Source: Marispirochaeta sp.
Lineage (GTDB): Bacteria; Spirochaetota; Spirochaetia; JC444; Marispirochaetaceae
NCBI GenBank assembly: GCA_963676835.2
Contig: CAXXFF010000003.1
Location: forward strand, 96,001-160,000
Length of the DNA stretch: 64,000 nt
Direction of reading: 5' to 3'
The translations under genes were made by a program, and so were the position numbers. Every line of letters starts with the position of its first letter. Position 1 is the stretch's first letter. A model generated the notes under the pieces. That model saw only the letters and a program-made list of their open reading frames with translations, was not told the origin of the DNA and searched no databases. Below, piece after piece: positions 1 through 8,643 of this stretch.

Positions 1-992
1 ATATCCTGTATTGGACTGAGAAACCCCGCAATATCCGTATTTTCTCCATGCCAGCCTTCAGGTCCGTGTATTGCGGTATTGCAGGCAGCGACCGCAGCGA
101 CCGCATCGGATACAGTTGACAGTTTGGGAACAATTTTTTCTTTATGGGGAATGGTAATCGAAAAACCTTCTACCGGTATTTCGTCTGCCAGTAGAAACCA
201 CTGATCAAGATCATCAACCTGGAACGGGATGTAAACTGCATCCTGTTTCTGCAGGGAATACCCCCTGTTATGAATAATCGGTGACTTGCTGTGCATAACA
301 GGGTTGCCGATTATGCCGAAAATTTCAGTTCTTTCCGAAATCAGGTGATGCCTGTATATAGTGCGAATTTCTTCAGGATCCACATGTCCAGGTGCAGCAG
401 AGCTCCCTTTCGGGGAGACAAAGGTGAACCAGCATCCATAATAAGAGGAAAGAATACGGCTGGGAAAACCCCAGTCGCCCATGCCGAGAATAATCCGCTT
501 TCCGGAAGTATTCTTCATGGCAGAAAGGACCCGCCTCAGATCTGAAGTGTTTTGGGGCATAACTGCATATTTCGGGATTTCTCCGTCCGCTTCCGGAAGC
601 TTTTCAACGGCATGGGCAAAATTTTCCGGAACACCATTGAAATCGTGCTGAGAACGGATAATTCCCACCCCTATATGACGAGCATGGGCGGCAGCTTTGT
701 CAGTCAACGAATCTTTTTCCAGATCGATATAGGCGTAGGAGGCAGAAAGGGCTGAAATTATGCGTGTTTCCCGGTCTTCTTCATTTTCTTCCCAGAATCC
801 GCCGTCAACTTTCCGACGGAGGGTAAAAATGACCGGAATACCGGCTTTTTCCGGGAAATTCCGTATGGCATCAGTGTCCCATGAATCGAGAAAATCCGCT
901 CGCAGTTCACAGAGATCGACCATCCCCTTGTACTTCTTCAGTGAAACAAGATTTTCCTCCAGGGTTTTACCCGTCAAAGCCAGGCAAATCAT
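1..992 (-). CDS. aroDE: Bifunctional type I 3-dehydroquinate dehydratase / shikimate dehydrogenase (AroD-AroE fusion), runs off the window edge
   Basis: Not in the ORF track; translated by hand. MICLALTG...CELRADFL...IIRSQHDF (type I DHQase), then FGIIGNPVMHSKSP...GFSITIPHKE...ACNT...GENTDIAGF (shikimate DH). ATG 992 overlaps the upstream TGA (TGATG). Confidence 0.9.
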   Translation of the reverse strand, partial: MICLALTGKTLEENLVSLKKYKGMVDLCELRADFLDSWDTDAIRNFPEKAGIPVIFTLRRKVDGGFWEENEEDRETRIISALSASYAYIDLEKDSLTDKAAAHARHIGVGIIRSQHDFNGVPENFAHAVEKLPEADGEIPKYAVMPQNTSDLRRVLSAMKNTSGKRIILGMGDWGFPSRILSSYYGCWFTFVSPKGSSAAPGHVDPEEIRTIYRHHLISERTEIFGIIGNPVMHSKSPIIHNRGYSLQKQDAVYIPFQVDDLDQWFLLADEIPVEGFSITIPHKEKIVPKLSTVSDAVAAVAACNTAIHGPEGWHGENTDIAGFLSPIQD

Positions 993-1459
993 CAATAGTC
1001 TCCTCGGTACAGATAGATATCCTGAACCTTTTTATCATTACCTATTTCGAGCCGAAGCCGCAGAGGAAATACATCCCTGTTTATTTCGAGCAATACAGTC
1101 TCTTCCGTATGTAACAAAACTGCCGGATATTTTCTTATGATTGAATCAAGCGTATCCCCGATATGAACAGCTGCTACAGCTTCTTTACAGTTAATATCGG
1201 CCCGGACCTGCCAGACCCGGTTCTGGAACCAGTAAAGATAGAGGCCGTCGCGGTAAAAAACTACATCATCTTCTTCAGCGGAATCACCGCGGTAGGAAAA
1301 GATATGACTCGGCGGGCCGAAAACCTCCCACACCTGCTCTGGAACCATGCCTATGTACGTGTCTACCGGGACATGCGTGTCGCTTTCTGAAAACAGATTT
1401 GCAGATAAACCAGAAATACCTGAAAGGGTGATTAAAAACATAATTATACACTGTTTCAT
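992..1459 (-). CDS. Exported hypothetical protein, possible BamE/SmpA (BLIP-like) fold
   Basis: 155 aa; hydrophobic N-terminal signal; GMVPEQVWEVFGPP motif; overlaps both neighbours. Confidence 0.7.
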   Translation of the reverse strand: MKQCIIMFLITLSGISGLSANLFSESDTHVPVDTYIGMVPEQVWEVFGPPSHIFSYRGDSAEEDDVVFYRDGLYLYWFQNRVWQVRADINCKEAVAAVHIGDTLDSIIRKYPAVLLHTEETVLLEINRDVFPLRLRLEIGNDKKVQDIYLYRGDY

Positions 1460-3150
1460 TGTTTAGCGACTCCTTTGAGCTGGAGTATTCTCTCCATTTG
1501 GGTCCGGGAAAGTCCCTCCATCCGTTCCGCCTGGCGCAGGAATACCATACCACGTGCAGTTTCTCCGCTTTCAATCCAGCTCTCCGCAAGCCCTAAAGCA
1601 GCATCTACATTACGTATATCAAGAAAGAGGGCCTCTTCATACAGTTTCCGTTTGGTATACACTGAGGACGAAATTTCTGCTTCCGCGATTTTAGCCCGGC
1701 TTTTCTGAGTATCTGTAAGCGAAAGTGTTTTTATATTCTCCAGCTCTTCCCGGGCCTGTTCAGTATTACCATCCCTTATGGCTGTTTGAATAATGGTAAG
1801 AGAGTACTCGGGATTTTCCGGATCATTTTTTTTCAGTTCCTGAAGCAGCTCCAGCGATTTATCATCCATGCCCAGGGCAGTATAAATTGCCACTCCGGAT
1901 TTCAATACTGAAGATGAAGCTTCAGAAAGCTTTACCTTCTGAAAATAAACCAGTGCCTCCTGCCAGAGTCCTGCGTCTACCGCACTGTCCATAAGCATGA
2001 TCTCAGTTTCAACACTGTCTCCCTCCTGCCGTGTGCCAAGCTCCAGTTGAGCCCTTCCCTCTGTAGTACGGCCTGTTTCAAGAAGAACCTGTCCATAAAA
2101 ATCGTTTAATCCGAGATTATCCGGATACTTTTCAATACCCCTGGAAAGAAGGGAAAGCGCGCGGATTCTCTGACCGATTTTACGGTATATTGAGGCTTCG
2201 AGCAGTATACTTTCCGGATTTTCCCAGCCGCTCTCTTTAAGCATATTGATATATTCCAGTGCCTGATTTTCTTCATTTTTGCGAAACAACGATTCAGCCA
2301 GGGCAACCAGAAGCTCAGGACTGTTTCCGCCTTTTTCCCTTGAATAAGTAAGGCTCTCATAAGCCTCTGTGTAGCGGCCGGTGGCAAGCTCGCTATTCCC
2401 CCGCAAAAAAGCAAGTTCGGCGGTAGGCTCCATAATGCTTTCCAGATCATCCAGTAACAGCAATGCCTCTTCATACCTTTTTTCAAGCAGATAAACCCGG
2501 ACCATCCCGATACCTGCCGGGTAGCATTTAACCGCCCCCTGAAGGGTACTTATATACCAGGTAATAGCCTCATCGTAATTGCCCCTTCTCTCCTCAACAT
2601 ATCCCAGAAGATACTGAGGCAGTGTTCCCTCCGGATTCAGGCTGTTACCGGCATACAGTGATTCGTAGGCAATTTCAAGGGTATCGTTTTCGGTGGTAAA
2701 AAGTATGGACATCGGCGGGAGAACAAAAAACAGATAACTGCCCTCTTCTATCCTGGTGACAGGATAAACTCCCTCAGAAATATCTTCCGTAAGGGATGAA
2801 AAATAGCTTCCCGGCAGAGCTTCCACCACAGGAATTGTCTCGGGAAGAGCTGAATATAGATTGTTGTAGAGCCAGGAACTGAGAAAACGAAGGTCCTCGG
2901 CATAGTCGGAAAGTTCTTCTTTTGACTCAAGCAGCGCATACGCCTGTAAAAGCTCATCCGGAGATCCTGATGCAATCAGTTTGAATGCATCACCGATAAA
3001 CCCCTGGGTTCGGTTAACCGGCGAAGGAGCAACCGGATCATCAGCGTACTCAGGGCCGGAACTGCAGGCAATCAATAAAAGCAATCCAGAGAGAAATAGA
3101 AGCATGTTTTTCACATTTTTATTAGAAAACATCAGGTTTATCAGAGACAT
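1456..3150 (-). CDS. Tetratricopeptide-repeat lipoprotein
   Basis: Lipobox-like LLLIAC-S; TPR-like helices (YLLGYVEERRGNYDEAITWY, FLRGNSELATGRYTEAY). Start placed at the TGATG overlap at 3150. Confidence 0.8.
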   Translation of the reverse strand: MSLINLMFSNKNVKNMLLFLSGLLLLIACSSGPEYADDPVAPSPVNRTQGFIGDAFKLIASGSPDELLQAYALLESKEELSDYAEDLRFLSSWLYNNLYSALPETIPVVEALPGSYFSSLTEDISEGVYPVTRIEEGSYLFFVLPPMSILFTTENDTLEIAYESLYAGNSLNPEGTLPQYLLGYVEERRGNYDEAITWYISTLQGAVKCYPAGIGMVRVYLLEKRYEEALLLLDDLESIMEPTAELAFLRGNSELATGRYTEAYESLTYSREKGGNSPELLVALAESLFRKNEENQALEYINMLKESGWENPESILLEASIYRKIGQRIRALSLLSRGIEKYPDNLGLNDFYGQVLLETGRTTEGRAQLELGTRQEGDSVETEIMLMDSAVDAGLWQEALVYFQKVKLSEASSSVLKSGVAIYTALGMDDKSLELLQELKKNDPENPEYSLTIIQTAIRDGNTEQAREELENIKTLSLTDTQKSRAKIAEAEISSSVYTKRKLYEEALFLDIRNVDAALGLAESWIESGETARGMVFLRQAERMEGLSRTQMERILQLKGVAKQ

Positions 3151-3680
3151 CAGTCCTTCTTGCGGCGTAAAAACTCCATAAACATGGCACCGCTTAATAC
3201 TATCAGCAGCAAAGGCCACCAGGCGGCAACAACTTCCTGAAAACTTTTTTTAACAAGCCCTAGACTGAAAGGAAGAAATACAAGAGAAAGAAGGGTAATG
3301 AAAACAGCGGGAACAAGCATAACCCGCCTGGTATTCCCCTGAAATTTGATCGAATATGCCACCAGGGCACACCCGGCAAAGGTCATAAAAAGAGGCCAGA
3401 AACGGTCGATGGGTACGGTAATAAAGAAAACCTGGTGCAGAATCAGGAGAATTCCACTCATGGTAAGCATAACACCCGGGACCAGGTAGCCGAATTTAGG
3501 GTCACGGAAGCTGACAAAATAGAGCAGTATCACCCCTGTGAGGGTCATGAGAATAGGCCACAAATCACCGTATTCCGGCAATACTCCTGTTGTAACCAGC
3601 AGCATGCCGATACCGACCATAAGGAAAAATATACTTCCCAGAAGCATCTTGTTGGGAAATCGTACTGAATCCTTTTTCAT
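3150..3680 (-). CDS. Multi-pass membrane protein (LiaF/DUF5668-like repeats)
   Basis: About 6 hydrophobic helices with repeated WP motifs (DLWPIL, RFWPLF, AWWPLL). Confidence 0.7.
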   Translation of the reverse strand: MKKDSVRFPNKMLLGSIFFLMVGIGMLLVTTGVLPEYGDLWPILMTLTGVILLYFVSFRDPKFGYLVPGVMLTMSGILLILHQVFFITVPIDRFWPLFMTFAGCALVAYSIKFQGNTRRVMLVPAVFITLLSLVFLPFSLGLVKKSFQEVVAAWWPLLLIVLSGAMFMEFLRRKKD

Positions 3681-3688
3681 ACTCAAGT

Positions 3689-3850
3689 CTATTCCATATT
3701 CCTGAAAAGATCATTGGAGAATTCTGAAATTGAAAATATTACAGCAGCACCGCGGATATCCAGACCTGTTTCGTCACCTGCAACGGTCGGCATTACTGGT
3801 GTTACCGGGACATTAAACCCGTTATCATCGGTGGTAATATTCTGGACCAT
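3689..3850 (-). pseudogene. 53-codon ORF resembling an internally deleted NADP-isocitrate dehydrogenase (icd relic or small protein)
   Basis: RBS AGGAG 5 nt before ATG. MVQNITTDDNGFNVPVTPVMPTVAGDETGLDIRGAAV resembles the Icd N-terminus; FSISEFSNDLFRNME* resembles the Icd C-terminus. Confidence 0.65.
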
Positions 3851-3933
3851 ACTTTCTCCTGCCTGCTGTCATATTTACAATTATCAAGGTATCAAATATG
3901 AGGAACCCGTACAAGTCGCATTTAAGTGCGTGA

Positions 3934-3962
3934 TTGCAAATAGGCGTACGGTCTGGTACTAT
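3934..3962 (+). promoter_or_regulatory. Sigma70-type promoter for the 3974 gene
   Basis: TTGCAA-N17-TACTAT with extended TGn; ATG 11 nt downstream and no Shine-Dalgarno. Confidence 0.55.
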
Positions 3963-3973
3963 CCGAAATTGAT

Positions 3974-5077
3974 ATGAGAAAAACAATAAGCATGGGCATC
4001 CTCGCCAGCCTTCTGGCCGCTGTGATCCTGGTTACTGCCGCTCAATGCTCTTTTATAGATACAATCCGCCACAGGGAAAGTGCCTATTACATTAAAGGTA
4101 CTCCGGAACAGCGAAAAGAGCTTGCGGAACTTCTTGATCTGCTGGAAAATCAGGAAGAGGGCCGCAACGAATCACGCTACATTCTGCTTAACGAAATTAT
4201 TAAAATTCTCTACCAGGCGGAAGCTACGCAGGAGCTGAATCTTCTGCTCTCCACCTATGTTGAAAATTATCCAGAAGACCCCTTTAACGGCTACTATCTG
4301 CTGGTTATTGCCGAGAACTACCGTGCACAGAAAGCATATCCTTTTGCCGTACATTACTATGAACGAATCCTCAAGAATTACCCCGACCTTCTGGTGCGCC
4401 AGCAGTCTATACATTATCTCTGTCTTAAGAGCCTGATCAGCCTGGTGGACGAACCTGAAGTACGGGTTCAGTATTATAAAGAGCTTATAGCACGCTTCTC
4501 CGGAGATATTGAACTGGGGGTAACCTACTATTTTCTGGCAAAAACATATGAAGATGTGGGAGAGTGGGATCTGGCCATACAGGCGTATAAGAAGTTCCTG
4601 ACCTACCCCGATACATCTATTCCGGGGAACCCGAATGCCCAGTCAGAAATAACCTCAATGATCAACTTCTATGACCGGCGGGACAAAGACTGGACCGTGG
4701 AAAGCCTGGAGAGACTGGTAAATAACATTAAAGCCGCCATATGGAGAGGAGATGCCCGCAGGCTGAGAAACTATATGGCCAGGGCAAACTTCTTTGCACT
4801 TTCATGGGAGCAGGAAGAGAGCGTTGCAGATATCGACTTTCTTTCCGACATCGGTATATTTCTTTCAAGCAGTGTTCATTATACCAGCGATCTTGACGAA
4901 GGGTCTAACTCAAAAGAAGCATACCTGCGTACCTGGGGATGGTCTTACCGGATAAAAACCTGGTATCTATACTTCAGGCGAATCAACTTTCCTGCCGATC
5001 CTGAAATACATGGGCAATGGGAATGGGCAGGTATATATTTTGGAGAAAAACCCTTTGCCGGGAGCAATGATGATTAG
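3974..5077 (+). CDS. Exported TPR protein
   Basis: Signal peptide; TPR motifs YLLVIAENYRAQKAYPFAVHYY and YYFLAKTYEDVGEWDLAIQAYKKFL. Confidence 0.8.
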   Translation: MRKTISMGILASLLAAVILVTAAQCSFIDTIRHRESAYYIKGTPEQRKELAELLDLLENQEEGRNESRYILLNEIIKILYQAEATQELNLLLSTYVENYPEDPFNGYYLLVIAENYRAQKAYPFAVHYYERILKNYPDLLVRQQSIHYLCLKSLISLVDEPEVRVQYYKELIARFSGDIELGVTYYFLAKTYEDVGEWDLAIQAYKKFLTYPDTSIPGNPNAQSEITSMINFYDRRDKDWTVESLERLVNNIKAAIWRGDARRLRNYMARANFFALSWEQEESVADIDFLSDIGIFLSSSVHYTSDLDEGSNSKEAYLRTWGWSYRIKTWYLYFRRINFPADPEIHGQWEWAGIYFGEKPFAGSNDD

Positions 5078-6452
5078 ACCCGTTGCCGCGGGCGTACCAA
5101 TCGGCTTACTGTTTCTCTTTTTGCTCATCACACAAAGTATGTTTTCAACACCTCTGCCCCCGGCAGATATTTCAGGTTTTCACCCTTTCGGCTCCGGACT
5201 TTTTCCAGGCCTGTCAGAAAACTCACCCCTCCCGGAAGTACAGGGTCACACAGGGATATCCCCGCAGTCCCTGGACAAAAGCCTGTTCGCCGACATTCCT
5301 GAGGTCAGGAGAGAACTGAGCCACTATTCCAACGGAGCCGGCCGGGATTACCTGATAAGAGTCCTTGCAAGGGGTGAAACCTATTTAACCTTTATAAACC
5401 GCCGGGTACAGGAGAAGGATCTCCCTTGGGAGCTTGCATACCTTCCGGTAATAGAATCAGCTTTTATCCCCGATGCGGTATCCCGAAGCGGCGCTACAGG
5501 ACTCTGGCAGTTTATGCTCAACAGTATCGATCCTTACAACATAAGCGTAAACGAATGGATGGATGAACGCCGTGATTTCTGGAAGGCTACAGAAGCGGCA
5601 CTGAGTAAATTAAAAACAAATTACGATATTCTTGGAGACTGGCTGCTTGCCATCGGCGCCTACAATTGCGGACTTGGCGCCATGAAAAGAGCGGTAGATG
5701 CTGCGGGGAGCACCAATTTCTGGGATCTTGCCCGGGGCGGTTTTATACCATCAGAAACCAGGGCCTATGTTCCCCGTTTTCTTGCTGTTGCCCATCTGGC
5801 CTCATATCCCGGACGCTACGGACTGCCCCTTTTCTGGGATGCCGTAAACTGGGAAAGAGTAACCGTTACCGGTCCGGTCCATCTTAATCGGCTTGCTGAG
5901 GCTGCAGGGGTTCCTTTAAGAATAATAGCCAGTGGTAACAAGGAGCTTAATCAACCAATTACTCCGCCTTTAAAGGGAGGGTATAAACTGAAAATACCGG
6001 CAGAATACGCCGATAAAATAAGAGAAGCCCTCAGGAGGAACGATCTGAATCTGGTTGATGTTGAGCTTTATACCATTAAAAGCGGTGACACCCTCTATGC
6101 CCTCAGCGGTCATTACGGTGTTTCTGTCGATCTTCTGCTTGATTTTAACCCGGAGCTGTCTCCCAGAAATCTCCGCATCGGTGATAGAGTCGCTATCCCT
6201 CTGATGCAGCCTATGCCCGCATACAAGGGAGCTCCTGCCAGCATGGAATACTCAAGCTACCAGACCGTGCAGTTTTATACAGTGAAAAGCGGAGATACCC
6301 TTACGGCTATCGGAAGACTGTACGGGACCAACCCCGGAGAATTAGCTCATAACAATGAAATTACTCCGGAGACAACACTGCAGCCCGGCATGATTCTCAA
6401 AGTACCTGCCGCAGACAGAGATACAGCTGATATTAAAGAGGCGGTACAATGA
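5067..6452 (+). CDS. mltD: Lytic murein transglycosylase, MltD family (SLT domain + LysM repeats)
   Basis: LAYLPVIESAF, GATGLWQFM, AYNCG, ETRAYVPRF; two C-terminal LysM repeats (YTIKSGDTL, YTVKSGDTL). Start at 5067 or 5070. Confidence 0.9.
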   Translation: MMIRPVAAGVPIGLLFLFLLITQSMFSTPLPPADISGFHPFGSGLFPGLSENSPLPEVQGHTGISPQSLDKSLFADIPEVRRELSHYSNGAGRDYLIRVLARGETYLTFINRRVQEKDLPWELAYLPVIESAFIPDAVSRSGATGLWQFMLNSIDPYNISVNEWMDERRDFWKATEAALSKLKTNYDILGDWLLAIGAYNCGLGAMKRAVDAAGSTNFWDLARGGFIPSETRAYVPRFLAVAHLASYPGRYGLPLFWDAVNWERVTVTGPVHLNRLAEAAGVPLRIIASGNKELNQPITPPLKGGYKLKIPAEYADKIREALRRNDLNLVDVELYTIKSGDTLYALSGHYGVSVDLLLDFNPELSPRNLRIGDRVAIPLMQPMPAYKGAPASMEYSSYQTVQFYTVKSGDTLTAIGRLYGTNPGELAHNNEITPETTLQPGMILKVPAADRDTADIKEAVQ

Positions 6453-7285
6453 GAACACCGGGATCTGTTTGTATACTGCTGTTAACCTTTATCATTCCTT
6501 GTATCTCCCCTCTTTATGCAGAACCGAAAACCGAGCTCCAGATTGACTGGGATCAGGGTATGCTGGACTTAGCAATATCCCGTGAGGTTGCAGTATTTTC
6601 TCCCGCTGAACGTAACCGGCTGGGGATGGAAGTTCAGAGGGACCTGGTGGATGAGTTTTTAAAATCCGCAGGAAGTATTCAAATCAGTTCATCCATGACA
6701 ATTAATGAATGGCTGCATAAAAATCCATCACGATTCCCGGACCTTATAGACGGCATAAACAATCTGAAACTTAAAGGCAGCAGCTATTCACGAGACTTTT
6801 CAGAGCTTACCTTTCGCTATTCCGCCCGTTTGTTCCCGGATATTGCAGCAGTTTTTATTGATCATTATCAGGGCTACCTGCCTGCATCCAACCTTGCCTT
6901 TCAACCGACAGCAGACTTTACCGGTATTCTGATATATGCAAAAGGAGAATTTCCAGTCCAGGGTGAGGCGCGTAAAGATAGGATTTATCCCGCTCTTTTT
7001 CCAAAAATATGGGATGAGGAAATGAATCTTGTTTTCAGTCAGGAGATGATGGATTCGCCTCTGATTCTGTCCGACGGTACGGTCTGTTATTCCGAAACCA
7101 TAGATTCCGCAGATGTAAGAGGACGGATCGGCCCCAACCCGATACGTATCCTTCCCCGCCGTATTTTCGGTCTTGTCCCCACAGATCCGGTTATCCCCGG
7201 CGGAGATGCCAGGTCAATCCTCAACTCATCAAAAGGTAAAGAACTTCTTTCCACAGGAAGAATTGCTATTATCTACGGCGGGTAA
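6449..7285 (+). CDS. Exported hypothetical protein
   Basis: 278 aa, signal peptide, ATGA overlap with mltD. Confidence 0.75.
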   Translation: MRTPGSVCILLLTFIIPCISPLYAEPKTELQIDWDQGMLDLAISREVAVFSPAERNRLGMEVQRDLVDEFLKSAGSIQISSSMTINEWLHKNPSRFPDLIDGINNLKLKGSSYSRDFSELTFRYSARLFPDIAAVFIDHYQGYLPASNLAFQPTADFTGILIYAKGEFPVQGEARKDRIYPALFPKIWDEEMNLVFSQEMMDSPLILSDGTVCYSETIDSADVRGRIGPNPIRILPRRIFGLVPTDPVIPGGDARSILNSSKGKELLSTGRIAIIYGG

Positions 7286-7337
7286 ACCAAAACATCCATT
7301 ATTGACTTATCCATATTAATATGGTCTATTGCATTAC

Positions 7338-8642
7338 ATGCGTTCGGTTAAAATTATTTCAATTTTCAATATCCTCTCTCTTTTTTTACTTTTAATTGTC
7401 TCCTGCTCCGGAGGATCAATCGGCTACGGGATTCTTCTCTGGCCGCCGGAAGATATACCCCTGGAAGCCTCATCTATTGTGAAGGTTATCAGCGAGTCTT
7501 CCATTGAAGGTACCTATATTATAGAAGATGAATCCAGCGGAGAAAAATACAGCCTTTCTCAGTGGCGGATAGAATTCTACAGTGACCGCGAAAATGCTGA
7601 GCAGGCTGCCCTGGCGTACCGGCCTCATGCGGATAAAATGGCCCTCAGTACTGAAGTCGGACTGCCTGTGCGGGCAGACGCAGATGCCATGAGCGACAGA
7701 GTATACCGCCTGAGGAAGAATGAAGAGATCAAGGTTCTTGCACAATCATCAGAACAACAGACAGTGGGAACCTACCAGGGGTACTGGTATAAGGTTATCA
7801 CCGCCGACGGCACTGTAGGATACTGTTTTGATCACTATCTGATTATCTATAACAAGGGTGAACGGGAAGAAGTACTTGCCCGGCATGAAAAAGATCCGCG
7901 GATAGAAGATTTCCTGGCTACAACCTACTACCCGGAGCGCTATCTCCATCTCATAGACCGGGAAACCATAGATCTTGATACCCTGCGGCCTGAGTTTGGA
8001 CTGTTCCCGGATTCAGAAAACAGTGTCATCCTTATCAATAACTCAAAATACAGGTTTGAAGAATCATACACGGGTATCAGTGAAGCAGGAAACAACCGCT
8101 ATCTTTTTGATGATACCAGCCTCTACGTCACATTTCAAACACCGGCACCTCCGGTCACCTCGGTGATTCTTCAGTTCAAGGTTGATACCACTGATGTAAC
8201 CGCAAGATATGTGGCTATACCGGATATAGAAGAATTTCTTACCCAGGAAACAGAAAGACGTGATGAAGCGCTTAAGGCCATGATTGAATCGGGACAGAAT
8301 TTTTCCAGCAATGCCTATGGCAGTATTCATATTGAAGAAACAGGTCGCTTTGAATGGAGAGATAATGATCGGCTCGTTCCTTCGGTGCTGAAATCCCATT
8401 TCGGAAAGACCGGAGTAATACGGTTTGACCGCTTTTTATCCCCTGCCCTTGCCCGGGATTACAACGGCGCTGCCAGTTTTCATTTTCAGGGCGCCGCCAG
8501 AAACGAGGCTGTTACCTTTCTGTACAGTCTCGAAAATCAAGGCATGAGGCTTACCCTGGTTACAGATGAGAACATTTCAGACTTTGTAGTCAAGGATATC
8601 GGGTACAACTCTCTGGTGCTTTTTATGACCAGACAGGAATAA
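7338..8642 (+). CDS. SH3b-domain lipoprotein
   Basis: Lipobox LIVSC; SH3b-like segment LPVRADAD...WYKVITADGTVGYCFDHYL. Confidence 0.75.
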   Translation: MRSVKIISIFNILSLFLLLIVSCSGGSIGYGILLWPPEDIPLEASSIVKVISESSIEGTYIIEDESSGEKYSLSQWRIEFYSDRENAEQAALAYRPHADKMALSTEVGLPVRADADAMSDRVYRLRKNEEIKVLAQSSEQQTVGTYQGYWYKVITADGTVGYCFDHYLIIYNKGEREEVLARHEKDPRIEDFLATTYYPERYLHLIDRETIDLDTLRPEFGLFPDSENSVILINNSKYRFEESYTGISEAGNNRYLFDDTSLYVTFQTPAPPVTSVILQFKVDTTDVTARYVAIPDIEEFLTQETERRDEALKAMIESGQNFSSNAYGSIHIEETGRFEWRDNDRLVPSVLKSHFGKTGVIRFDRFLSPALARDYNGAASFHFQGAARNEAVTFLYSLENQGMRLTLVTDENISDFVVKDIGYNSLVLFMTRQE

Positions 8643-8643
8643 G

